A DNA stretch of 53,843 nt, taken from contig JBGSVZ010000064.1 in NCBI GenBank assembly GCA_041752695.1, positions 1 through 53,843 of the forward strand, given 5' to 3'. Under the pieces are notes generated by a model, which was not told the origin of the DNA, did not search any database, and saw nothing but the letters and a program-made list of their open reading frames with translations. Positions 9,418-18,565 of this stretch are shown here, piece by piece. Source of the stretch: Terrimicrobiaceae bacterium (lineage in GTDB: Bacteria > Verrucomicrobiota > Verrucomicrobiia > Chthoniobacterales > Terrimicrobiaceae). Each line of letters starts with the position of its first letter. Position 1 is the first letter of the stretch. Both the position numbers and the translations under genes were made by a program.

Positions 9418-10901
9418 TAGTCGACCTCCACGCGTTTGGATTCAATGGCCCGACGCGCCACCGCGGCGTCGTCGAAGGGCGTCCGTTTTCCACCGGCAGA
9501 TTCCTGGTAGGTTTCATGCCCCTTCCCCGCGAGCAAAATAATGTCGCCTGGCCCGGCCAGCTGGACCGCTTTGTGGATCGCCCCGCCACGGTCAGGAAAT
9601 TCTTCATAGCGCTTGCCGCGCAGCCCGGCCCGCATATCGGCGATGATCTTGAGGGGATCTTCGCTCCGAGGATTGTCCGAAGTGAGGATGCACCAGTCGG
9701 AAAACTCTTCCGCCGCCGCCGCCATAAGCGGACGTTTCGCACGATCGCGATCCCCACCGCAGCCAAAGACGGTGATGAGATTGCTCGGTTTTAATTCCCT
9801 CAGCGTGCGAAGGACATTGCGCAGGGCGTCATCCGTATGGGCGTAATCCACAAACACCTGGAAACTCCGGCGCGCGTTCACCCGCTCGAGTCGGCCCGGC
9901 ACCTGCGGAGCCTTCGCCATGGCGGCCACAGCAGCGCGCAATTCCATTCCCATCGCATTGACCGCCGCCAGCGCGGCGAGGGCGTTGTAAATATTAAAGG
10001 ACCCGATGAGGGGCAGCCTGACGAGATAGTCACGGCCCTTAGCCGACAAGTGAAAGGAACTGCCGGTGGCGTCAAACTTCACATCCGTTGCGCGGAAATG
10101 CGCATGCACACCCATCCCATAAGTGATGACGGGAATCTTTTTCTCATAACGCTCCACCAGGAAACGTCCGTACCGGTCGTCGCTGTTAATGATGGCCTTG
10201 CCGCGTTTTTTTTGCGTGGCCACCCCTTCAAACAACAGGGCCTTTGCCTCAAAATACCGGTCCATCGTCTTGTGAAAATCCAGATGGTCCTGGGTAAGGT
10301 TGGTAAAGACCGCCGTGTCGAACCCGATGCCCCGCGCGCGGTGCTGGACGAGGGCATGACTCGAAACTTCCATCGCCACCGCCTTGCTGCCCGCCCCAAC
10401 CATTTCCGCGAGCAGTTCCTGCAGATCCACCGACTCCGGCGTGGTGCGCGGCGCATCGATCACGCGGTCACCCACACAATATTTGATCGTGCCAATCAGC
10501 CCGCAACGGCGTTGATCGGCGTCGAGCAGATGTTTCACCAGAAACGCCGTGGTGGTTTTTCCATTGGTGCCGGTCACGCCCATCACCCGCAGCGCATCTG
10601 CGGGACGACCGTAAAACGCGGCAGCCATATCCGCCATGGCCGCCCGGGCGTCCCGGACCTGAATGAAAGGAAGCGCGCAGGCCGACAAGGCAGCATCGGA
10701 GACGATCGCAACCGCCCCCTGTTCGGCGGCCTGCGCGACAAATCTACTCCCGTCGTCCTTCGCTCCCCGCAGCGCAAAGAAGAGCGCCCCGGGTTGGCAT
10801 TGACGGGAATCGTAACAAAGAGATTCGACCCGCAATTGCGGGTCGGCATCGGAATCGGTGACCGCCGTGGCGGCCAGAAGTTCGGACAAGGGCACGCTCA
10901 T
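9417..10901 (-). CDS. murE: UDP-N-acetylmuramoyl-L-alanyl-D-glutamate--2,6-diaminopimelate ligase
   Basis: GVTGTNGKTT, MEVSSH, DYAHT, GCGGDRD, AGKGHE; DNPR motif indicates meso-DAP specificity. Confidence 0.95.
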   Translation of the reverse strand: MSVPLSELLAATAVTDSDADPQLRVESLCYDSRQCQPGALFFALRGAKDDGSRFVAQAAEQGAVAIVSDAALSACALPFIQVRDARAAMADMAAAFYGRPADALRVMGVTGTNGKTTTAFLVKHLLDADQRRCGLIGTIKYCVGDRVIDAPRTTPESVDLQELLAEMVGAGSKAVAMEVSSHALVQHRARGIGFDTAVFTNLTQDHLDFHKTMDRYFEAKALLFEGVATQKKRGKAIINSDDRYGRFLVERYEKKIPVITYGMGVHAHFRATDVKFDATGSSFHLSAKGRDYLVRLPLIGSFNIYNALAALAAVNAMGMELRAAVAAMAKAPQVPGRLERVNARRSFQVFVDYAHTDDALRNVLRTLRELKPSNLITVFGCGGDRDRAKRPLMAAAAEEFSDWCILTSDNPRSEDPLKIIADMRAGLRGKRYEEFPDRGGAIHKAVQLAGPGDIILLAGKGHETYQESAGGKRTPFDDAAVARRAIESKRVEVD

Positions 10902-12679
10902 TGTCGGAACTCCTTTTCGCCGCCCCCGCCCATCGCGACAGGCAGCAGCGGTTCGGCCTTCGGGGCGGGGGTCAGATCGAGATAACGCGCGGACTTTTCC
11001 GCCACGCGGGAGAAAATCGGCGCGGCGACGAGGCCGCCATAGTTGAGGTTCGAGGCGATCTTGGCGTCGTTTACCATGATGAGGCAGACAAACCGGGGAT
11101 CTTCCGCCGGCATGTATCCGACAAAGGACACCACATATTTGCCCGCCGCATAACCGCCCTTGGGATCGACTTTTTGCGCCGTCCCGGTCTTGCCCGCAAC
11201 GGTATACCCTTCCACCCGGGCGAGCGCCGCCGTGCCGCCTTCGCCGACCACCCCAACCAGCGCACTGCTGACAAAATTGGCGGTTTTTTCCGGGATGACT
11301 TCCCGGACAACTTCGGGTTCAAAGCGATACACGTCCGCCCCATTCTCATCTTTCACGCTTTGAATAATATGCGGCTTCATCAGCTTGCCCCCATTAGCCA
11401 CGACGGACATCCCCATCACCATTTGCAAGGGAGTGACCGCGATGGCGTGCCCCATCGGCATGCGAGTAATAGTCAGCTTATCCCAGCGGGCCGGAGGACT
11501 CACCATGCCGGGAATCTCGCCTGGCAGCTCCACGCCGGAACGGTCGCCAAATCCGAAACGACGAACGTATTCATAATATTTATCATCCCCCATCATCAGG
11601 GCCATCTTGGCCGAGCCGATGTTCGAGGACTTTTTGATAATATCAAATACGGTCATATTCCCGTATCCGTGGTGGTCGCGCAGGATGCGACCGCCGTAGG
11701 AAAATGCGCCATTTTCGCAATAGATCAGGGTGCGCTCGTTGACCACGCGCTCGTTCAGCGCGCCGGCTGCCACGACAATCTTAAAGGTTGAACCAGGCTC
11801 GACCATGTCGAGGACCGCACGATTTTTCATCTGCTCGGGTTTCGTCGAGTTGAGATCGTTGAGGTCGAAACTGGGACGGTTGGACATGGCCAGAACCTCG
11901 CCCGTTTTCGGATCCACCAGGATGCCCGTGATGGTTTCCGGCTTCAGCTCCTTGTAGGCCGACTCCAATTCGGCCTCAAGGATGGCTTGCAGGCCCATGT
12001 CGATGGTGAGCTGCACGTTGAAGCCATTGCGCGGCGGCTGTTCCTGGCCCCGGTAGATCACGATCTCGCGCCCCGTGCGATCGCGCTCGATATGACGGTA
12101 TCCGTCGATGCCGGAAAGCTGCTCTTCCATCGTGCGCTCGACCCCGTCAACGCCCACCACGTGCTCATCCTTGGGATCTTTCCGCGAAAGGAACCCAAGC
12201 ACATGACTAAGCATCGGGCCATTTGGATACGTCCGCGTGGTGTTCTCGTAAAAGAAGAGACCGCGCAGGTTTTTGGCATCCATCTCCTTGCGCAGGGCAA
12301 AGGCCTTGTCCTCGGGCAGTTCGTGCACGAGCACCTTATACTTACTTGTGGTCTTGAGTTCCGCCGCGAGGGTCTCCTCGGGGATTTCCAGATAGGGTGC
12401 CGCCAACCGGGCAAGGCCGGAGCGGTTCTTGATGAGGGAACCGTCCGCCACCACTTTGCGCACGGGCACGTTGGCGGCCAGGATTTCCCCATGACGGTCC
12501 TGGATGAGTCCGCGGCGCGCGGGAACGGTCAGACGGATGGTGTGGTTTTTGGCCGCCAGCGTGGCGTATTCCTCACTCTTCGTAACCTGCAAATAAATCA
12601 GACGCGCGGAATAGACCGTGAAAATCACGGCCAGAATCCCACAGGCCCAAACTGCTCTACGACGTGCCCTCCATCTCAC
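10898..12679 (-). CDS. ftsI: Class B penicillin-binding protein (PBP3/FtsI)
   Basis: N-terminal TM, RGLIQDR, transpeptidase motifs STFK, SSN, KTGT; GTG start overlapping upstream stop; dcw position. Confidence 0.9.
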   Translation of the reverse strand: MRWRARRRAVWACGILAVIFTVYSARLIYLQVTKSEEYATLAAKNHTIRLTVPARRGLIQDRHGEILAANVPVRKVVADGSLIKNRSGLARLAAPYLEIPEETLAAELKTTSKYKVLVHELPEDKAFALRKEMDAKNLRGLFFYENTTRTYPNGPMLSHVLGFLSRKDPKDEHVVGVDGVERTMEEQLSGIDGYRHIERDRTGREIVIYRGQEQPPRNGFNVQLTIDMGLQAILEAELESAYKELKPETITGILVDPKTGEVLAMSNRPSFDLNDLNSTKPEQMKNRAVLDMVEPGSTFKIVVAAGALNERVVNERTLIYCENGAFSYGGRILRDHHGYGNMTVFDIIKKSSNIGSAKMALMMGDDKYYEYVRRFGFGDRSGVELPGEIPGMVSPPARWDKLTITRMPMGHAIAVTPLQMVMGMSVVANGGKLMKPHIIQSVKDENGADVYRFEPEVVREVIPEKTANFVSSALVGVVGEGGTAALARVEGYTVAGKTGTAQKVDPKGGYAAGKYVVSFVGYMPAEDPRFVCLIMVNDAKIASNLNYGGLVAAPIFSRVAEKSARYLDLTPAPKAEPLLPVAMGGGGEKEFRQ

Positions 12680-13056
12680 GGACGGAATCCCTCGTTGGCC
12701 GCGGTACGGATGGCACCGTCGCGCTCGGCATTCCCGGGAGGCGTGAGCCGGGCAATGCTGGTGTCCTGGATGGCGACCAGCGTGATCATGCCGCGGTCGA
12801 GCTTGCGCTGGAGTTCCGCGCGCGAGGACAGGGCGGAAATCCGTGCCAGCAACACCTCATTGTAGGCGCGCATCTCTCGGATTTTGCCTTCCACTTCCCG
12901 GGTCTGCGACCCGAGCATGTGCTGCTGGTTTTTTACATAAACAAACATCAGACCCGCCGCGCCCACCATGAGCGCGAGAAGGAGCCACTTGAAAAGCGGG
13001 GCGATGTGGATGGGATTGACGTGCCTGCGGCTATTTTGGGAGAGGGTGGCGGTCAT
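12676..13056 (-). CDS. ftsL: FtsL-like cell division protein
   Basis: 126 aa, short tail + single TM + coiled-coil; located between rsmH and ftsI (positional inference). Confidence 0.6.
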   Translation of the reverse strand: MTATLSQNSRRHVNPIHIAPLFKWLLLALMVGAAGLMFVYVKNQQHMLGSQTREVEGKIREMRAYNEVLLARISALSSRAELQRKLDRGMITLVAIQDTSIARLTPPGNAERDGAIRTAANEGFRP

Positions 13057-13062
13057 AAGATT

Positions 13063-14037
13063 TTAGAGACGTTCGACAACGCGCAGCTTGGCGCTGCGCG
13101 AGCGGGGGTTGGCGTGGACTTCCTCGCCGGATGCATCCATCGGGCGGGGGGTGAGGAGACGGAAAAGGCGGTCGGGATTGCGGCGGGGTTCGGGCCACTC
13201 CGGCCGGTCGATCCACTCCACGCTGCGGTCGCGGAAAAAATTCTTCACGATGCGATCCTCCAGCGAATGGAAGCTGATCACTCCCAGCCGGGCCCCATGG
13301 GCCAGTCGCGCGGAAATTGCCGTGAGTCCGCGCTCGATCACGCCAAGCTCGTCGTTCACTGCGATACGCAGGGCCTGGAAGACCCTCGTCGCCGGATGCC
13401 TGGGCCCCGTGCGGGGGATCACCGAAGTGACCGCGGCGGCGAGGTCAAAAGTCGTTTCAAACGGGCGTTCGGCCCGCAGGGCAACAAGACGCGCCGCGAT
13501 ATGCATCGCACGGGGTTCCTCGCCATACTCGCGAAAGATGCGCGCGAGTTCGGCCGTGCTCTCGGTGTTGACCATTTCCGCCGCCGTGCGCGGATTTTCC
13601 CGGCTCATTCGCATGTCGAGCGGGCCATCCTTCATCATGGCAAAGCCCCGCTCCGCGGTGTAAAGCTGGTGCGAGGAAACCCCCAGATCCAGCAGAGCGC
13701 CGCCCACCGCGGGAATCCCCAGACCGTCCAGAGCCGCGCCGGCATTTTCAAAATTGGTTTCGACGAGATGCAGCCGGTGCGCGTAAGGCGCAAGGCGCCG
13801 ACGACAAAACGCGATCGCATCCGCATCCTGATCGAGCGCCACCACCCCAGCACCATGCTGGAGGAATTTTTCCGAGTGCCCTCCCCCACCCGCCGTGCCG
13901 TCGAGAAAAATGAGGCCGGGAGCCGGACGCAACAACGCGACCACCTCGTCCGCCATCACGGAGATGTGATAGTGGGCGGTGGTGTCAGGCTTTTCCAAGG
14001 TTTGGAGAGGCTGGTCGTCGTAGTCCAAGAAGTTCAT
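13063..14037 (-). CDS. rsmH: 16S rRNA m4C1402 methyltransferase
   Basis: HISVM, DGTAGGGGHS, DLGVSSHQL, LDMRM, FQALRIAVNDEL, SFHSLEDR, NPRSRSAKLR; start placed at ATG 14037 (uncertain). Confidence 0.95.
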   Translation of the reverse strand: MNFLDYDDQPLQTLEKPDTTAHYHISVMADEVVALLRPAPGLIFLDGTAGGGGHSEKFLQHGAGVVALDQDADAIAFCRRRLAPYAHRLHLVETNFENAGAALDGLGIPAVGGALLDLGVSSHQLYTAERGFAMMKDGPLDMRMSRENPRTAAEMVNTESTAELARIFREYGEEPRAMHIAARLVALRAERPFETTFDLAAAVTSVIPRTGPRHPATRVFQALRIAVNDELGVIERGLTAISARLAHGARLGVISFHSLEDRIVKNFFRDRSVEWIDRPEWPEPRRNPDRLFRLLTPRPMDASGEEVHANPRSRSAKLRVVERL

Positions 14038-14183
14038 ACGCGTTGCGCGGACGGATTTTGATGGTGGCCTGGCCCTGAGGTTTCCCGTCGGCACCCTTCA
14101 CAGGGTTGAAACCGAAACAAAAGACCCGGACCCGCCTTGTCATCAGCAGGTTTCTCTCATGGCGTTGTCGTTTCCATAAAACC

Positions 14184-14633
14184 TCAGAGCCCGATGGCCT
14201 CCGCCGCCTGCAGGTAGGCGTCGGTCTGCTCGGCGTCCGCCGCGGCCAGACGCTCGGGACTCCAAATTTCGAAGCGGCTTCCCGTTCCCATAAAAATCAC
14301 GTCGCCCGACAGCCCCGCGCGCTCGCAGTGCTTTTCGTGCAGGACGATCCGCCCTTGTTTGTCCGTCGTCACCGTATGGGCCTCGCTGAAAAATTTTCGG
14401 ATGGCATGGCGTTTACCCACGGGAGTGAGCGCAGAGGCCTCGATCTTCGCCTGATAGCGCTCCAGTTCCAGCGGGGGCATCACCATCAAAAATCCGTCCT
14501 TTGGGTGCGGCACCACATGCAGAACCTCGCCTTCTTCCTTGGCCAACCACGACGCGGGCACGGCAACACGCTTCTTCGCGTCCATCGCGCGCTCGAAGGT
14601 TCCCGAATAGACCGTGGTTGCATCCTGACCCAT
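14184..14633 (-). CDS. mraZ: Transcriptional regulator MraZ
   Basis: Two SpoVT/AbrB-like repeats with DAKKRV and DKQGRI motifs, FEIW; first gene of the dcw operon. Confidence 0.92.
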   Translation of the reverse strand: MGQDATTVYSGTFERAMDAKKRVAVPASWLAKEEGEVLHVVPHPKDGFLMVMPPLELERYQAKIEASALTPVGKRHAIRKFFSEAHTVTTDKQGRIVLHEKHCERAGLSGDVIFMGTGSRFEIWSPERLAAADAEQTDAYLQAAEAIGL

Positions 14634-14653
14634 GAAATTCTAGGTTTTTTGTG

Positions 14654-14706
14654 ACACTGGCCGCCACAATTCCCCACTTTTCACCACTTAGACCCCAAAA
14701 AGTCAA
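14654..14706 (-). promoter_or_regulatory. dcw promoter with MraZ-type direct repeats
   Basis: Minus strand: TTGACT (-35 candidate, 14701-14706) then boxes at exact 10-bp period: TGGG 14694-97, GTGG 14684-87, 14674-77, 14664-67, GTGT 14654-57; matches known MraZ operator architecture. Confidence 0.75.
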
Positions 14707-14760
14707 CGAAAATGGGGTGCGTTACGGGCTTCAGGCCTCGAAAATCTGAAAATAATTCCG

Positions 14761-14785
14761 GGGTCGGACCGCATTTGTCCGACCC
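14761..14785. terminator. GC-rich hairpin (possible terminator or REP-like element) upstream of the dcw promoter
   Basis: GGGTCGGAC-7 nt-GTCCGACCC perfect 9-bp stem; followed on the minus strand by a T-rich tract a few nt later. Confidence 0.4.
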
Positions 14786-14917
14786 GGCATGAGAATCTCG
14801 GGGGGCATTTCGCGCCCGATCATCGCGGCCTTCAAGGGCTCACGCGGGACGATGCTGGTGCCCGTCCACGGGGGTTCCAGAAACCGGGCAACTCCATGGG
14901 GACGCCGTCACCGTGCG

Positions 14918-15910
14918 TTACGGCGCAGGGGCCGGGGCAGGCTCGGCGGCCGGTGCAGCGGGGGCGAGGAGTTCGCGGATACGCTGCACCCATTTGCCGA
15001 AATCCGGATGCTGAGGGTAAGCCTTCACCATGGTGTAGATTTCGGTGACAGCCCGATTTTTCTGGCCGAGCGCCGCCATGTCGTTGGCGCGCGCCAATTG
15101 AATACGGGGGCGGACGACGGTGTTAAATTCGGTCGCATCATGTTCGCGGCGGCTCATGGACACCCGCTCGGCGAGAACCCGCATCTCCAGTTCGTACGTC
15201 GGAAGGAGTCCGGGATTTTTCGTCAACCGCATCGCCGGCCGGATGTTTTTTTCGAGGATGCCGGGAAGGTTGCCCGGGGTGAGTTCCCAGTCTTCGCCTT
15301 TCGGAAGAGAAGATCCCAGGCGGAGCCACTTGACGAAAATGCTGTCGGTGAGCGCCTTGTTCAGGAGTTCGTCCTTGAGTTTCATCGCCTCGCGGTCAAT
15401 GGCCTGCTGTTCCCGGTCGTGATCCGAGGACGCTGGCTGCGAGACGGACTGGGCCTGCTTGAGAAACAGCGCGTCGGCTGAGGCCAGGTCGTTTACATAA
15501 GCCAGGGAGGGCGGGACGAAGAGCTCGGGTTTGTCGGACCCCTTGCGTTCGAGGGAGAGCGCCAGGTAGCGCAAATGCAGCATCAGTGCGGTTTGCATTT
15601 CCTTCGCCCGCAGGACGGCGGCTTTCGAACTTTTCCAGTCAGCAAAAGCCCCGCCCTTATTCTTGAGGCCTTCAAATTGCGTCGCCTCGACGGCCTGTTC
15701 GTAAAGGTCAGCCGCGGTGGCCCCGCTCGCCGCGGCGGCTTTCACCTGATTGACGGCCGTCTGCCGCGCGGATAGAACGGCCTGTTTTTGCTGGAGCTCA
15801 ATCTGGTCAAGTTCGCGCAATATGGCGTCGGCATTCACTGCGGGAACGTCCTGCTGCGCGTTCAGGGAGGAAACTACGGCGACAAGGGGGAGGAACCGGC
15901 GGAGGAGCAT
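14918..15910 (-). CDS. Exported hypothetical protein (alpha-helical, about 330 aa)
   Basis: Start at ATG 15910 gives a signal peptide (MLLRRFLPLVAVVSSLNA-QQ); protein-like composition; no family recognised. Confidence 0.75.
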   Translation of the reverse strand: MLLRRFLPLVAVVSSLNAQQDVPAVNADAILRELDQIELQQKQAVLSARQTAVNQVKAAAASGATAADLYEQAVEATQFEGLKNKGGAFADWKSSKAAVLRAKEMQTALMLHLRYLALSLERKGSDKPELFVPPSLAYVNDLASADALFLKQAQSVSQPASSDHDREQQAIDREAMKLKDELLNKALTDSIFVKWLRLGSSLPKGEDWELTPGNLPGILEKNIRPAMRLTKNPGLLPTYELEMRVLAERVSMSRREHDATEFNTVVRPRIQLARANDMAALGQKNRAVTEIYTMVKAYPQHPDFGKWVQRIRELLAPAAPAAEPAPAPAP

Positions 15911-15916
15911 CGGGAA

Positions 15917-15945
15917 ACGATGAGCAATTTCCCGGCGCGCGTCAA
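15917..15945 (-). promoter_or_regulatory. Sigma70-like promoter, probably leaderless
   Basis: TTGACG-N17-CATCGT-N6-ATG(15910). Confidence 0.5.
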
Positions 15946-16907
15946 TCCGGCGCTCGACGCAGAATGTGCACGGTGATTTCCGGCGGACAAAACAGCCTCG
16001 CGGCGACCCCACATCCGCCAGTGCCGCGCGAAGTGTAGCCGGCCATGGCTCCTTCCCGCCAGGCCCCGGCCAGGAGCCGCGCTGGGACGGGAGCATTGCG
16101 CAGCACGGGGATGCGTCCGGGCAAACAAATTTGCCCGCCGTGGGTGTGGCCTCCCAGCAACAGCGCATAGCCAAGAGCCGCCGCCTCGCGCCAGGTTTCC
16201 GGGCTGTGGCTGAGCAGGATGGCAGGCTCTTCCGACGGCACGGACGCCCGCGCCCGGACAAGATCGTGCGTCTGGAAAAAATGCGGATCGTCCACCCCGC
16301 AGATCCAGAGCCGGCGGCCGTCGCGCTCAATCACCGCGGATTCATTAAGCAAAACCGGCAGGCCGGCCGCCTCGAGGAACGCCACTTTTTCAATAAAATC
16401 GTGGTTGCCAAGAACGGCAAACCGGGGCTCCGGCAGATGCGGGATGAGACGGCCCATCAGCTCCAGCGAGACATCGTGCCCGGCGGCGATTTTGTTGTGA
16501 TAATCCCCGGTGAGAACAACTGCGTCGCAGGTCAAACCAGCCAGACGCGCGATCACGACGTCCACCAGGGCCGGCTCCAGATCACAATGCAAATCGGTGA
16601 GCTGGAGTAGGCGGAACCCCTCAAAGACCTCCGGCAGACCGGCCAGCGCGACTTCATTTTCCACCACGCGAACATCGAGGAAATTGCGCCGCGTCAGCCC
16701 GGCCATGCCCGTCAGGCGCAGGGTGGCACAAATGATGTCGTCCATGGGAAGGATTCCCTCGAGCTGAAAAACCCCGCTTCCCTGATGGACCTCGCGCGCC
16801 CAAAGCCCGGCCTGCTTGAGGATCCGTCGTTCCAACACGTCGCGTCCCATACGCTCGGCCAACCGGCGGTAGTCGGTATGGCCGGCAGCATCGGACGGGC
16901 GGATCAT
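15942..16907 (-). CDS. Calcineurin-like metallophosphoesterase (YkuE/YaeI type)
   Basis: Intact metal motifs TDLH, TGDY, GNHD, LSHSP, GHTHGGQI, C-terminal PPEI. Confidence 0.88.
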   Translation of the reverse strand: MIRPSDAAGHTDYRRLAERMGRDVLERRILKQAGLWAREVHQGSGVFQLEGILPMDDIICATLRLTGMAGLTRRNFLDVRVVENEVALAGLPEVFEGFRLLQLTDLHCDLEPALVDVVIARLAGLTCDAVVLTGDYHNKIAAGHDVSLELMGRLIPHLPEPRFAVLGNHDFIEKVAFLEAAGLPVLLNESAVIERDGRRLWICGVDDPHFFQTHDLVRARASVPSEEPAILLSHSPETWREAAALGYALLLGGHTHGGQICLPGRIPVLRNAPVPARLLAGAWREGAMAGYTSRGTGGCGVAARLFCPPEITVHILRRAPD

Positions 16908-16993
16908 GTCCCCGCCATATCACGGGGCAAACCGGCCTGCCGACAAGCGGAAAAAGGTTGCGCTTTCCCAGTCGCATTCGGGAAACTTCCGGA

Positions 16994-17716
16994 ATGCGGA
17001 TTTTGTCGGCGTTCTTCCTCCCCCTTTTAGTCATCGGTTGTCCCGCGCAGGATCCCGCACCGACCCCGGACCCGCCGAAAGCGGAAGCGAGGCCGGCACA
17101 GCCCTCCCTCGACGTCCCTGCCATGTCCTTTGAGGGCATCTGGGCCACCAAGGACGACCAGGGAGAGGGATTCGACATGGTCATTTTCCCCAACGGCCAG
17201 GCCGTGACGACCTGGTCCAAAGGCATCGAAGGCGCGCGCGGGGAACGTGGGTTTTGGCGCAGGGAAAACAACCGTTTGGTGGCGGTTTATCATGACGGCT
17301 GGACCGACGTGCTGGAGCCCACCCCGGAGGGTTTTCTCCACAAAGGATTTTCGCCCGAAACCGAAATCGGCGGACCTCCCAACAACTCGGCACCCGCGGA
17401 AAAGATTTCCTCTCCTGCCGCCAATTACACCGGAATCTGGCGCCTGAATCGCGAGCCGGACGGATCCTACCAGTATGTCGCCCTCTTCTCCGGCGGGCGG
17501 GCGCTGAGCACGGTCAATGGCGGAACCGAGGGAAAATGGGAAGCGACGGAAAAAGGCGCCCGCTGCGTCTGGCCCAAGGACGGCTGGGTGGATCTGATCG
17601 AGCATGGTCCGCAAGGCTGGCAGAAGCGGTCGTGGGTGGGCTCCGAAACGGAAACGCCGGCCGACGTCTCGCCAGTCCTGCGGGTCGGTGAGGAGAAATT
17701 TACCATCACCCCCTGA
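16994..17716 (+). CDS. Putative lipoprotein/exported protein with two tandem beta-rich domains
   Basis: Signal with lipobox-like LVIG-C; internal repeat GIW..G.W..DGW.D twice. Confidence 0.7.
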   Translation: MRILSAFFLPLLVIGCPAQDPAPTPDPPKAEARPAQPSLDVPAMSFEGIWATKDDQGEGFDMVIFPNGQAVTTWSKGIEGARGERGFWRRENNRLVAVYHDGWTDVLEPTPEGFLHKGFSPETEIGGPPNNSAPAEKISSPAANYTGIWRLNREPDGSYQYVALFSGGRALSTVNGGTEGKWEATEKGARCVWPKDGWVDLIEHGPQGWQKRSWVGSETETPADVSPVLRVGEEKFTITP

Positions 17717-17770
17717 AGGTCCCTTCGCCAACGGCGGGAACACCGCGGCCTTCCTTCTCTCACGAGCGCG

Positions 17771-18250
17771 TTACGCTTCCGCAGGGCGGTCCAGTTGCAA
17801 CTGCGGGGCGGCCTCCGGAGTCCACGGATTTTGGGAAAATTCTGAGGCCTCAATGCGGGAAACATGACTGTCGATGAGGTCGAAGACCGCCTCCAAATTG
17901 AGTCCAAGATGCCAAGGCCGATAGGCGGAGAGATTTTTTTGCGCCAGTCGGAAAAGCCGCACCGCCGGATACATCCGTCGTCCGTCGGTGGCATGGTCCG
18001 GGCGGGAACGCTGCTTTTTCAGGTGCACAAAGGCCCCCGCGAGCTGAATCAGGCCCTTGTAGAACGCGTAATTTTCATCACGTCCCTGGAGCCAGAGATG
18101 TTCCAGGACATCATGCGCTTCGTAGTACTCCCGCGCGTTAAAGCAGGCAAAATAGCCCAGGTAACACGGATCGTGTTCCCCACTCCCGAAACCCAGGGAT
18201 TGCACAAAAGCATCCATGCGCTCGGCTTTTTTCGGCGGTTGACTGGCCAT
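17771..18250 (-). CDS. DUF309 domain protein
   Basis: FNAREYYEAHDVLEHLW..YKGLIQLAGAFVH signature. Confidence 0.85.
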   Translation of the reverse strand: MASQPPKKAERMDAFVQSLGFGSGEHDPCYLGYFACFNAREYYEAHDVLEHLWLQGRDENYAFYKGLIQLAGAFVHLKKQRSRPDHATDGRRMYPAVRLFRLAQKNLSAYRPWHLGLNLEAVFDLIDSHVSRIEASEFSQNPWTPEAAPQLQLDRPAEA

Positions 18251-18258
18251 GCCGGCCT

Positions 18259-18287
18259 AGAATACCGCACCCACAGCGTGCGATCAA
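18259..18287 (-). promoter_or_regulatory. Sigma70-like promoter of the DUF309 gene
   Basis: TTGATC-N17-TATTCT-N8-ATG(18250). Confidence 0.6.
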
Positions 18288-18302
18288 TCTCCCCGAACCC
18301 GA

Positions 18303-18334
18303 ACAATAAATGTCCCACCTGAGACATTTATTGT
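18303..18334. promoter_or_regulatory. AT-rich perfect inverted repeat (12-8-12), candidate operator
   Basis: ACAATAAATGTC-CCACCTGA-GACATTTATTGT; operator role is inference. Confidence 0.5.
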
Positions 18335-18565
18335 AAAAACAAGAACCCGCCCGCGGGGTGGCCGCGCACTTTATTCGTGGCAATTTCGCGGCACGGTTTC
18401 CGTTGACGCGCCGTGCGCCAGGTGGGGATTTATTCTCGCCACGGTCGCCGGGAGTTCGGCGGCTGAATGTGCGCACCCCGGAAAAATTGTTCCTCGCGGG
18501 ACTCCGATGGAAAAACTTGCAGCCTGCGGGCAAAAGACGTCTGTTCCCGCTACCGTGCTCGTCGC

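Noticed and set aside
14140..14146. CUGAUGA hammerhead-like core in the mraZ-rsmH spacer
   Set aside because: No GAAA follows the adjacent stem, so the hammerhead core cannot be built
15911..16330. N-terminal extension of the 470-aa ORF 14918-16330
   Set aside because: Overlaps the metallophosphoesterase in another frame; a signal peptide and promoter fit the ATG at 15910
18303..18334. Palindrome as a dif/Xer site or intrinsic terminator
   Set aside because: No match to the 11-6-11 dif layout or TTATGTTAAAT arm, no recombinase nearby, no 3' U-tract
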